Positions 8,353 through 20,002 of a DNA stretch of 32,000 bases are shown here, piece after piece; position 1 is the stretch's first letter, and each line of letters opens with the position of its first letter. The position numbers were made by a program, and so were the translations under genes. Source of the DNA: Psychrobacter sp. HD31 (lineage in GTDB: Bacteria > Pseudomonadota > Gammaproteobacteria > Pseudomonadales > Moraxellaceae); assembly GCF_051097895.1 (NCBI RefSeq), contig NZ_CP142525.1, positions 1,380,001 through 1,412,000 of the forward strand. Direction: 5' to 3'. Below the pieces are notes generated by a model that ran no database searches, was not told the DNA's origin, and saw only the letters and a list, made by a program, of their open reading frames with translations.

Positions 8353-9792
8353 ATGAAAAAACCACAAACACCCAATCGCAAACGTCGCCTATTGCGTAGT
8401 AGCTACTCAAATACCTGGCAAACAACATTAATGGTCATGTTTATTGTCATGATCAGTGTGGGGTTATCTATTTGGTTTTTTTGGCGCAGTTTTTATTTAC
8501 CAGAGTTAAAAAACCATTCTCGTTATTTGGCAACCGAACTTAATATTTTAGATGACATTAGCCAAAATGGTTTTAAAACGCATGAAGAACGTGAGCGATT
8601 GCGTAGCAAAATGCATACGGCATTCATTGACGACCCTGCTGAGTTTCCAACAGTAGAAGAAAAAAAGTTTGCTGGCTTTTTTACCGATATTATGCAAAAA
8701 GAAATGAGCGAACAAATGAATCGCCCTATTCAAGTGTTCTTTAAATTTAAGCCTACCTCTCATTTATGGGTGCAAGATAGCAAACATCCAGAGTATTGGA
8801 TACGTGAGCCCGTCACTTATTACTCACAATATAATCCCACCCTCATTGTCTCTTTTTTACTTGGCATTCCCATTTTAACTTTGCTAACCATTTTATTGCT
8901 AGCACGTCAGCTAAATCGCCCATTACGGCACTTACAACGTGCTGCCAATAACTATATACAAATGGGTCAAGCCTCTACCTTGCCAACAAACAAAGGGTCA
9001 ACAGAGATTCGTCAAGTGAACCTTGCTTTTAACCGTTTATTTACCACACTTAATCAAGCACAAAAAGAGCGAACCATTATGCTGGCTGGCATATCGCACG
9101 ATTTGCGTACACCTTTAACACGCATGCGTTTAACTGCCGAAATGCTACCTGATGAGTTTTTTAGAGAAGGGTTAATTTATGACATTGAAGATATGGATGC
9201 GATTCTTGAACAGTTTATCTCATTTATGAAAGATGGTTCAGATGAACCCGTTCATCTAACCGACTTAGGCGCTATTTTTCATGAAGTCATCGTCCAGTTT
9301 GCACCCACACCCATTATTTATGAACCATCAAAAGCACTACCGCCAATTCCACTTCGGTCCTTATCAATCAAACGATTAATCATTAACTTAGTTAACAACG
9401 CAAATAAATATGGTAAACCACCTATTTATCTAACAGCAGAAATTGTACCCACGTTTAATCAATTAAAAGAATCTATGGAACCAGCGGAGGAGGATGTTAA
9501 AATAACAGCACAATCTGCATTGGCTCAACAAGCGAAAGAAAAATTAATTATAGGCGTAAGAGACTGTGGTGAAGGCGTAGATGACGATCAATTAGAACGT
9601 ATTATGCAGCCCTTTGAGCGCGGCGAAACTGCCCGCACAACAAAAGGGAGTGGTTTAGGGCTTGCTATTGTTAACCGTATTGCCCATTTACACCATGGGC
9701 ACGTAGAAGCAATTAATCACCCAGAAGGCGGCCTGCAAGTTACTGTGCATCTTCCCCTGCTGTCTAAGGTAACAGATAAAAACGTTAACTAA
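8353..9792 (+). CDS. envZ: EnvZ-like osmosensor-type sensor histidine kinase (orphan; no adjacent response regulator)
   Basis: Colinear with E. coli EnvZ. It has two TM segments, a HAMP region (ARQLNRPLRHLQRAA), an H-box MLAGISHDLRTPLTRMRLTAEM (His codon 9097-9099), an N-box LVNNANKYG and a G-box GSGLGLAIV. The ATG at 8353 is preferred over the TTG at 8293. Confidence 0.8.
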   Translation: MKKPQTPNRKRRLLRSSYSNTWQTTLMVMFIVMISVGLSIWFFWRSFYLPELKNHSRYLATELNILDDISQNGFKTHEERERLRSKMHTAFIDDPAEFPTVEEKKFAGFFTDIMQKEMSEQMNRPIQVFFKFKPTSHLWVQDSKHPEYWIREPVTYYSQYNPTLIVSFLLGIPILTLLTILLLARQLNRPLRHLQRAANNYIQMGQASTLPTNKGSTEIRQVNLAFNRLFTTLNQAQKERTIMLAGISHDLRTPLTRMRLTAEMLPDEFFREGLIYDIEDMDAILEQFISFMKDGSDEPVHLTDLGAIFHEVIVQFAPTPIIYEPSKALPPIPLRSLSIKRLIINLVNNANKYGKPPIYLTAEIVPTFNQLKESMEPAEEDVKITAQSALAQQAKEKLIIGVRDCGEGVDDDQLERIMQPFERGETARTTKGSGLGLAIVNRIAHLHHGHVEAINHPEGGLQVTVHLPLLSKVTDKNVN

Positions 9793-11487
9793 TTACAATC
9801 CAATGTTTGTATCTGTTATCACTTTTTGTTCACTATGCTCCTGTGCCATTTCATCAGCTGCGATCGTTTTTGTTAGTTGTTTTTCAGGCCAGGTCATCGT
9901 AAATCTTGCCCCACCAAGAATCGGGCTATCATCTACTTTTATTTCTCCATTAAACCAAAATGCAATACGAGAAACAATGGATAGCCCCAAACCATAACCA
10001 CCAGTCGATCGCGTGCGGCTATCATCTAATCTTGTAAAGGGAATAAAGACTTTATCCCTATCCTCTTCAGCGATACCATATCCATCATCTTCAACACTAA
10101 CAAAAGCTTTGCCTTTTTTAATGCCTGCACTCACAATAATATTTTTATCTGCATAACGTAATGCATTACTTACAAGGTTTTGTACCACTCTGTGTATGTA
10201 TCTATGATCTGCTTCTGATTTAAAACGCACCCCATGTAACGCACTGACCACTTTGATTGGCTTGCCAAGGGCATTCGTTTCTCTAATAACTTGATTAACC
10301 AGTTGTTTAAGGTCTACCATTTCCCAATCTAATTTAGGGGAGCCCTCTTCTAACTTCGCATAAGTTAAAATCTCATCAATCAAATTATTAAGTTCATCAA
10401 TATCTTCATCAATGTACTCTTTTTGAGTTTGACGTGATTCAACGTCATCTGTGTCAGCTATCATTTCTACTGCAAAACGAATCCGTGCAACCGGCGTTCT
10501 CAGCTCATGAGATACTGCCCGCGTTAACTCACGTTGTGATTCAATTAATCGTTGAATATGCGCAGTCATTGAGTTAAAAGTAGAAGCAACACGCGAAATT
10601 TCGTCTTTTCCACTAACATGCAATCGAGTGCCTAATTTACCATCATTTACATCTTGCATGCCCCGTTCTACCAACTTTAATCGCCTATCAAGTGGGTAAA
10701 TTAGGATATAAACCCCTAAACTAATCAGTAACAAACTGGCTGCCAACACACCTAAAAAAAGTTGAAGCGGCAGCCAATTAAATCTTTGAATGGGTCCTAA
10801 AATAATGGCAACATCATTCATTTCGGTTGGCACAAGCACATTAAAGGTATGATTGCCTGAATTACTAGTATTACCAAGCTGTATGACAACCTCATTACGC
10901 CTTAAACGAATAAGCTGATCATCATCCATTTCAATATTGGCATGATTTTGGTAACTCATAGGAAAAGGGAATTTTTTGGATAAAAACTCAAGTCTTTGTT
11001 TCTTACTTTCAAATCCTTGGTAATGTGATAAGTCATCTAACAAAAAAATAGACATCGCACGCACTTGCTGCTCTGACACTTCGGCAAGCTCTGTCGTCAC
11101 TAGCTGATTGGTATCAAATATTCTATGGTAAATAGTACCTAACTTAGAGTCTTTATTATAACGAACGACCGAATATGAACTATTTAACCGTTCCAGTTCT
11201 TTTTGATTAAACTGTGCTTTATCTAAAGGGATAATAGAAAATGGTGCCCCAAAAAGACTGCTGGCATCTTCTAGCCAATAAAGTTTATCAGCATCGTTTT
11301 CATTTCTTGCAACACCTTCAGCTACCAAGTATAAAGCACTGGTTGCCATATTATCCCTGTATGACTCAATACGTTTATTATTGATTACATTGATTGCAAA
11401 ATCGACAAAAAAAGCAGCCACCAAACATACTAGTAATAAACCAGCATATATACGAATAAAGATTTTACGTTGAAAGAATGAACACAT
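9793..11487 (-). CDS. bfmS: RstB/BfmS-like sensor histidine kinase
   Basis: 564 aa with an N-terminal TM, a large periplasmic region, a second TM plus HAMP, an H-box AVSHELRTPVARIRFAVEM and HATPase motifs (NALRYA, DDGYGI, GGYGLGLSIV). It lies downstream of the BfmR-like regulator. Confidence 0.75.
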   Translation of the reverse strand: MCSFFQRKIFIRIYAGLLLVCLVAAFFVDFAINVINNKRIESYRDNMATSALYLVAEGVARNENDADKLYWLEDASSLFGAPFSIIPLDKAQFNQKELERLNSSYSVVRYNKDSKLGTIYHRIFDTNQLVTTELAEVSEQQVRAMSIFLLDDLSHYQGFESKKQRLEFLSKKFPFPMSYQNHANIEMDDDQLIRLRRNEVVIQLGNTSNSGNHTFNVLVPTEMNDVAIILGPIQRFNWLPLQLFLGVLAASLLLISLGVYILIYPLDRRLKLVERGMQDVNDGKLGTRLHVSGKDEISRVASTFNSMTAHIQRLIESQRELTRAVSHELRTPVARIRFAVEMIADTDDVESRQTQKEYIDEDIDELNNLIDEILTYAKLEEGSPKLDWEMVDLKQLVNQVIRETNALGKPIKVVSALHGVRFKSEADHRYIHRVVQNLVSNALRYADKNIIVSAGIKKGKAFVSVEDDGYGIAEEDRDKVFIPFTRLDDSRTRSTGGYGLGLSIVSRIAFWFNGEIKVDDSPILGGARFTMTWPEKQLTKTIAADEMAQEHSEQKVITDTNIGL

Positions 11488-11581
11488 AAGATTGACTTGA
11501 TTTAGATATTACTAATTGACTACGGTTAAATTGATATTAATGAGTATAAAAAAAGATACATAACATGAAAGAGGATAAAAC

Positions 11582-11607
11582 AAAAAAGCCAACAATCGTT
11601 GCTGGCT
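11582..11607 (-). terminator. rho-independent terminator/attenuator-like hairpin between bfmR and bfmS
   Basis: The minus-strand RNA reads AGCCAGCA-acgat-TGTTGGCT (7 of 8 pairs) followed by TTTTTTGTTTT. It starts 16 nt after the bfmR stop. Confidence 0.55.
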
Positions 11608-11622
11608 TAATATATTTAAAAG

Positions 11623-12333
11623 CTACTCTTTAACAAATAAGTAACCCTTACTTCTAACCGTTTTAATGCGCTTAGGATTATCAGGGTCATCACCAATTTT
11701 AGGTCGGATACGCGAGATTCGCACATCAATTGAACGATCTTGACCATCATATTCAATACCACGTAAGCGCTCAAAAATATCTTCTCGAGACAAAATTTTA
11801 CCCGCATTTGATGCAAGCAACCATAACAGGTCATATTCTGCACTGGTGAAGTCAACCAACTCATCATTCAATGTAACAGAGCGTCCACCATTGTCGATTA
11901 CTAATGGTCCAAATGCGATGCGCTGTGGCACCTCTTCTACTGGTGTTATGTCTATTCTACGCAGCAAAGCACGAATCCGAGCAAGCAACACGCGTGGCTG
12001 TGCTGGTTTTGCAACATAATCATCTGCACCCATTTCCAACCCGAGCACTTGATCCATGTCATCGGTACGGGCAGTCAACATCAATATTGGCTTCGTATAC
12101 TCGCCACGTACCTCACGGCATACCGTTAGACCATCTGCACCAGGCAACATCACATCAAGGACAACTAAATCAGGTTGCTCAGTAATAATTCTATTAATTG
12201 CTCTATTACCATCCGTTTCAATGGCAACATCCAGTCCATTTTTACGCAAATAATCTTGTGTTAAAGTTGCTAAACGTTCATCATCTTCAACAATGAGAAT
12301 TCGTGGTGCCTGTTCTTCTTCTGTTATTGACAT
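11623..12333 (-). CDS. bfmR: OmpR-family response regulator, BfmR/RstA-like
   Basis: The receiver domain (ILIVEDDERLA..DLVVLDVMLPGADGLTVCREVR..LMLTARTDDMDQVLGLEMGADDYVAKP) and winged-helix domain (VDFTSAEYDLLWLLASNAGKILSREDIFERLRGIEYDGQDRSIDVRISRIRPKIGDDP..IKTVRSKGYLF) are very close to Acinetobacter BfmR as I recall it. Confidence 0.85.
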   Translation of the reverse strand: MSITEEEQAPRILIVEDDERLATLTQDYLRKNGLDVAIETDGNRAINRIITEQPDLVVLDVMLPGADGLTVCREVRGEYTKPILMLTARTDDMDQVLGLEMGADDYVAKPAQPRVLLARIRALLRRIDITPVEEVPQRIAFGPLVIDNGGRSVTLNDELVDFTSAEYDLLWLLASNAGKILSREDIFERLRGIEYDGQDRSIDVRISRIRPKIGDDPDNPKRIKTVRSKGYLFVKE

Positions 12334-12406
12334 TTTCTAGTCCTCAGAAACTTATAATTTATACAATAGAAGCATATTAACATTGTAACTAGATATATTC
12401 AACATA

Positions 12407-12436
12407 ATAAAAAAGCCCAAGAATTCTTGGGCTTTT
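12407..12436 (-). terminator. rho-independent terminator ending the atp operon (symmetric, potentially bidirectional)
   Basis: Perfect 20-nt palindrome AGCCCAAGAATTCTTGGGCT flanked by an A-run and a T-run, 18 nt downstream of the atpC stop. Confidence 0.85.
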
Positions 12437-12453
12437 AATCAAAAAACTGATTT

Positions 12454-12870
12454 TTAGGCTCTGTTTTTGTATTTCTTAATGGTTTGCAACTGAGCAACAG
12501 ATTCTGCTAATGACGCTAATGCTGCATTGGTTTGTACAGTATCATTTTGGTTCGTCAGCATTTGTTCTGCTTTCTTACGAGCAGCAATCACTTGCGCTTC
12601 ATCAAGATTAGCAGCGCGCATTGCTGTATCAGCAAGTACAGTTACAAGCTTAGGCTGAACTTCTAAAACACCACCAGAAACATAAATCATTTCTTCATTG
12701 CCATCTGCAGTTTTTATATGCATAGGACCTGGCTTTAACAAAGTAATCAATGGGGTGTGGTTTGGTAAAATACCAAGCTCACCTTCAGAACCTGTGGCAA
12801 CCAGCATGCTGATTTCACCAGCATAAAGCTCTTCACGAGCACTTACCACTCGGCATTGAAAAGTTGCCAT
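12454..12870 (-). CDS. atpC: F1 ATP synthase subunit epsilon
   Basis: 138 aa. MATFQCRVVSAREELYAGEISMLVATGSEGELGILPNHTPL is typical of epsilon, and it is the last gene of the atp operon. Confidence 0.93.
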   Translation of the reverse strand: MATFQCRVVSAREELYAGEISMLVATGSEGELGILPNHTPLITLLKPGPMHIKTADGNEEMIYVSGGVLEVQPKLVTVLADTAMRAANLDEAQVIAARKKAEQMLTNQNDTVQTNAALASLAESVAQLQTIKKYKNRA

Positions 12871-12891
12871 GATTCACTCCTTAGATACTAA

Positions 12892-14349
<1,458 letters not shown>

Positions 14350-15228
14350 TTATGAAACAGCAGCAGCACCGCCAACGATTTCCGAGATTTCTCGTGTAAT
14401 CGCCGCTTGACGCAGCTTGTTATATACCAGTTGTAAATCATCAATTAGGTTGCCAGCATTATCGGTTGCTGCTTTCATTGCTACCATACGAGCTGATTGC
14501 TCCGACGCAATGTTTTCCATCACGGCTTGATAAACAATAGATTCAACATATCGACCCATTAGGCCATCTACAAGTGACTTAATGTCTGGCTCATAAATAT
14601 AATCCCAACCATGCTCTGTTTGTACACCAGAATCTTCGGCTAATGCACCTTCTGGTAAGGGTACTAACTGACTGATTGTCGGTTGTTGTGTCATCGCATT
14701 TACAAATTGGTTATAAACCAAATAAATACTGTCTAACTTACCGTTGTCATAGTCGTCAAGCATTGCCTGAACTGGAGCATTTAATTGTTCGAAGGTTGGG
14801 TTATCACCATAATCAGTTGTAACTGAGGTAACTTTCCCACCAAAGTTTTTGAAAAATGAAACACCTTTAGAACCAATTGCGGCAAATTCAACACCGACCG
14901 ATTGTTCCTGATAGCTTTTTACATCTTTCATCAAAGTCTTAAATAAGTTGATATTAAGACCACCAGCGAGACCGCGATCAGAACTAACAACAATATAGCC
15001 AACATTATTGACTGGACGACTTTGCATATATGGGTGCTTATAGTCAGAAGAAGCACGTACTAAATGAGAAACGACACGACGCATACTATCTGCATACGGG
15101 CGACCAACTTCCATACGGTCTTGGGCACGTTTCATCTTACTCGCTGCAACCATTTGCATCGCACGAGTAATTTTTTGTGTACTTTTAATACTTGTGACTT
15201 TTGCACGAATTTCTTTTAAGCTTGCCAT
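14350..15228 (-). CDS. atpG: F1 ATP synthase subunit gamma
   Basis: [36 protein letters not shown] at the N-terminus and [27 protein letters not shown] at the C-terminus. Confidence 0.95.
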   Translation of the reverse strand: MASLKEIRAKVTSIKSTQKITRAMQMVAASKMKRAQDRMEVGRPYADSMRRVVSHLVRASSDYKHPYMQSRPVNNVGYIVVSSDRGLAGGLNINLFKTLMKDVKSYQEQSVGVEFAAIGSKGVSFFKNFGGKVTSVTTDYGDNPTFEQLNAPVQAMLDDYDNGKLDSIYLVYNQFVNAMTQQPTISQLVPLPEGALAEDSGVQTEHGWDYIYEPDIKSLVDGLMGRYVESIVYQAVMENIASEQSARMVAMKAATDNAGNLIDDLQLVYNKLRQAAITREISEIVGGAAAVS

Positions 15229-15309
15229 AATATTCCCAAAGTGAAGGGTTAATAAAGCAGTGAAATTTATTTGCCATCAATAGAATTTACCATTGATGGC
15301 TTTAATAAA

Positions 15310-16854
15310 TTAATAGCTTTGATCTTGCTTGAATGTTTCAACTGCAGCCTTTAAACGACCTGCAATATCATCATTATAATTAGCAGTATCATTGATTTCA
15401 TTTACTAAATCAGACTGCTCGTCTTTTAGATAACGTAAGAATGCTTCTTCAAAATCGCCTACTTTTTCAACAGGCACATCATTAAAGTAGCCTTCATTAG
15501 ATGCATAGATTACCGCCGCTTGATCAGCAATAGACATTGGTGCGTATTGCTTTTGCTTCATTAGCTCTGTTACACGCTCACCATGTGCTAACTGCTGTTT
15601 GGTTGCATCGTCAAGATCAGAAGCAAACTGAGCAAACGCTGCCAATTCACGATACTGAGCCAATGCTGTACGGATACCACCAGATAGCTTTTTAATGATC
15701 TTAGTTTGAGCAGAACCACCAACACGTGATACCGAAATACCCGCGTTAACGGCAGGACGGATACCCGAGTTGAATAAGTTAGACTCTAAGAAAATCTGAC
15801 CATCAGTAATAGAGATTACGTTTGTTGGTACGAATGCGGATACGTCACCTGCTTGAGTTTCAATAATTGGTAATGCAGTTAATGAACCAGTTTGTCCTTT
15901 AACTTCACCATTTGTAAACTCTTCTACGTACTCTGCGTTTACACGCGCTGCACGCTCAAGTAAGCGTGAATGTAAGTAGAAAACATCACCAGGATAAGCT
16001 TCACGACCTGGTGGACGACGAAGTAGCAATGAGATTTGACGATACGCAACTGCTTGCTTAGATAAATCATCATAAATAATAAGTGCATCTTCACCGCGAT
16101 CGCGGAAGTATTCACCCATTGTACAGCCAGAATATGGTGCTAAGTACTGTAGTGCTGCAGGCTCAGAAGCTGATGCAACAACAACCGTAGTATATTCTAA
16201 AGCACCTGTTTCTTCTAGTTTACGTACAACGTTTGCAATGGTAGAACGTTTTTGTCCAACAGCAACGTATACACACTTAATACCAGAATCTTTTTGCGCA
16301 ATGATCGCATCAATTGCCAATGCGGTTTTACCAGTTTGGCGGTCACCAATGATAAGTTCACGCTGACCACGACCAATTGGAATCATTGTATCAACAGATT
16401 TATAACCAGTCATTACTGGCTGATCAACAGATTGACGAGCAATTACACCTGGTGCAATTTTTTCTACTTTGTCAGTCAATTTAGCGTTAATAGGACCTTT
16501 ACCATCGATTGGGTTACCTAAAGCATCAACAACACGACCTAAAAGTTCTGGACCGACTGGTACTTCTAAGATACGACCAGTACAGTAAGCTTTTTGACCT
16601 TCTTGAAGATTTAAGTAATCACCTAGTACAACCGCGCCGACTGAGTCTTGTTCTAAGTTTAGTGCCATGCCATAAACATCGCCTTCAAACTCAATCATCT
16701 CACCGTACATGGCATCTTCAAGACCATGAATCTGCACAATACCGTCAGATACACTGACAATCGTGCCTTCATTTTTTGCAGTTGCACCCGCATCAAGGTC
16801 TTGAATTCGCTGCTTAATCAGATTACTGATTTCCGCTGGATTCAATTGTTGCAT
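15310..16854 (-). CDS. atpA: F1 ATP synthase subunit alpha
   Basis: P-loop GDRQTGKT and a full-length alpha-subunit match (514 aa). Confidence 0.96.
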   Translation of the reverse strand: MQQLNPAEISNLIKQRIQDLDAGATAKNEGTIVSVSDGIVQIHGLEDAMYGEMIEFEGDVYGMALNLEQDSVGAVVLGDYLNLQEGQKAYCTGRILEVPVGPELLGRVVDALGNPIDGKGPINAKLTDKVEKIAPGVIARQSVDQPVMTGYKSVDTMIPIGRGQRELIIGDRQTGKTALAIDAIIAQKDSGIKCVYVAVGQKRSTIANVVRKLEETGALEYTTVVVASASEPAALQYLAPYSGCTMGEYFRDRGEDALIIYDDLSKQAVAYRQISLLLRRPPGREAYPGDVFYLHSRLLERAARVNAEYVEEFTNGEVKGQTGSLTALPIIETQAGDVSAFVPTNVISITDGQIFLESNLFNSGIRPAVNAGISVSRVGGSAQTKIIKKLSGGIRTALAQYRELAAFAQFASDLDDATKQQLAHGERVTELMKQKQYAPMSIADQAAVIYASNEGYFNDVPVEKVGDFEEAFLRYLKDEQSDLVNEINDTANYNDDIAGRLKAAVETFKQDQSY

Positions 16855-16901
16855 TGCCTTGTTTCCTTTAATTTATGATAACCCACTTAATGTTTGTTTA
16901 A

Positions 16902-17450
16902 TTAAGCGGTCAACTGTGTTTTTAACTGTTTTAGTTTACCACGTACTGAATCATCAACGACTTTATCACCCACTTTAATTGTTGCACCAGCAATTAAGCT
17001 GCTATCAACTTCTTCATGCAGTATAATCGTCGCATTCATAGACGCTGCAAGTTTAGTTTGGATTTCTGTTCGTTGTTTATCAGTTAATGGATACGCTGTT
17101 GTCACATAAGCATCTATTTGTTTAAGTGCTTTTGCTTTTAAATCTTTAAAATGCGTATCAATTTGTGGGATTAGAGCTAAGCGCTCGTTATCAGCCAGCT
17201 GCGTCACAAAGTTATTTAGTTGTGGAGACACTTCTACATCTGTAGATGAATTAAGTAGCTCTACTAACGTATTAACTTTTTGCTTAGCAAAAATGGCTGG
17301 GTTGCTGAGCAATTCTTTAAAGTTGTCGTTTTCGACCACTTGTTTTGCATTATTAAAGAAGGTTTCCCATTCATTAATAACACCATTTTCGTTAGCATAA
17401 TCAAATGCAGCTTTTGCATAAGGTCTTGCTAGGGTAGATAATTCAGCCAT
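16902..17450 (-). CDS. atpH: F1 ATP synthase subunit delta
   Basis: 182 aa with an OSCP/delta-like N-terminus ([13 protein letters not shown]). It lies between atpF and atpA. Confidence 0.9.
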   Translation of the reverse strand: MAELSTLARPYAKAAFDYANENGVINEWETFFNNAKQVVENDNFKELLSNPAIFAKQKVNTLVELLNSSTDVEVSPQLNNFVTQLADNERLALIPQIDTHFKDLKAKALKQIDAYVTTAYPLTDKQRTEIQTKLAASMNATIILHEEVDSSLIAGATIKVGDKVVDDSVRGKLKQLKTQLTA

Positions 17451-17477
17451 TGTCTCCTCACAATTTACATTTGTAAA

Positions 17478-17948
17478 TTACAGCTTAGCTGCAAGTTTAT
17501 CTAGCATACTCGCATGCTTTTGTGCATCTACATTATCTTGTAGAATTTTTTCTGCACCCTGCACTGCTAAGTCTGCGACCTGAGCACGTAAGCCTTCACG
17601 AGCCTGATTGACTTCTTGATCAATCGAAGCATGTGCTTGCTGACGAATACGCTCTGCTTCGTCTTGAGCTTGAACCTTCGCGTCTTCAATCATCTGATTG
17701 GCACGGGTGTTCGCTTGCTCAATTAAGCTTGCTGCTTTTGCTTTTGCATCGTTAAGCTCAGTTTGAGCTTCTTGTTCTGCACTTGCTAAGTCTGCTTTTG
17801 CCTTCTCTGCTGCATTCAAACCGTCTGAGATTTTCTTCTGACGTTCATTGATTGCGTTGATTAAAGGAGGCCACACAAACTTCATGCAGAAAATCACGAA
17901 TATTGCAAATGCAATAGCTTGACCGATTAAGGTACTATTGATATTCAC
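17478..17948 (-). CDS. atpF: F0 ATP synthase subunit b
   Basis: 156 aa with a single N-terminal TM followed by a long charged Ala/Gln/Glu-rich helix. Operon position agrees. Confidence 0.9.
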   Translation of the reverse strand: MNINSTLIGQAIAFAIFVIFCMKFVWPPLINAINERQKKISDGLNAAEKAKADLASAEQEAQTELNDAKAKAASLIEQANTRANQMIEDAKVQAQDEAERIRQQAHASIDQEVNQAREGLRAQVADLAVQGAEKILQDNVDAQKHASMLDKLAAKL

Positions 17949-18107
17949 GTGATCACCTCGTTATTGATTATTCTTCATTTCTATGCTTAGTATTAAGTTT
18001 GAAATGAACTATCCCTTTATACTTAGAATATTAGACTAAAGTAATAGTTCAGTCTAACGCTTTGCTGGGTGTTGGTAATAACCAACATCCAACAATCGGC
18101 ACTAAAA

Positions 18108-18359
<252 letters not shown>

Positions 18360-18380
18360 TTACCTATGTGTATTTCAAAA

Positions 18381-19253
<873 letters not shown>

Positions 19254-19439
19254 CTAAACTTCTTCCAGTAAGCACTAAAATTCAGCAAGCCTTTGCCTGC
19301 TCAGTGGTTATATTACAAGTTATTTGCTGTATTTGTAAAGACCATTTATTAAATTTATATAATAAATAATTAACAAATACAGGCATGCTGCAAATTTATG
19401 AAAGCTTAATTTAAAAACATTTAAAAACAGATTTTAAAT

Positions 19440-19850
19440 CTATTTAATTTTCAAGCTTATTAAACTGTGACTAATCTGCATTACAATAAAACCGATAAAC
19501 AGCGCCAAGGCTGATAGGGGTCTTATGATAATAAAGATTAATGAGAATCCTACCAAGGTAACGAACCACTTTATGGCTGCTCCAAGATAAAACTGATTGA
19601 CAATATTTCTACTTGCTTTTGCACCGCTATATCGGAACATAATCAAAACAAACAGAACATGTGTTAAATAGCCAAGTAATGCGCCTAGTGCAAAACTTTT
19701 TGCATGTATTAACTGCCCTGTATCATTTGACAACCATAACCAATCAATAACTATTAGAACACAAATGCTGATAAATAAAATCCATGATTCTTGCTTAAGG
19801 GCTTTATTTATTTTAACTTTGCTGTTTCTACTGGCTGGGCCTGCTGTCAT
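19440..19850 (-). CDS. atpI: ATP synthase protein I
   Basis: 136 aa small hydrophobic protein encoded first in the atp operon. The call rests on position and topology only. Confidence 0.7.
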   Translation of the reverse strand: MTAGPASRNSKVKINKALKQESWILFISICVLIVIDWLWLSNDTGQLIHAKSFALGALLGYLTHVLFVLIMFRYSGAKASRNIVNQFYLGAAIKWFVTLVGFSLIFIIIRPLSALALFIGFIVMQISHSLISLKIK

Positions 19851-20002
19851 AGATAAATCATTATTTCTTTACAATCAACCAAATTTATAGGAACAATAAA
19901 TATTGTTTATTATGGTTGAAATCAGCACCATTATAAGTAGCTATTTACATATTAGCAAGTATTATGTAATGTTTTTTTATACTATGACAGATTCCACCTC
20001 AT

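Noticed and set aside
19892-19907. 7-2-7 palindrome AACAATA-AA-TATTGTT between the znuA stop and the atpI start
   Set aside because: It is entirely A/T apart from a single C:G pair per arm, in very AT-rich DNA. Such palindromes arise easily by chance, and it is too weak to call a terminator or operator.
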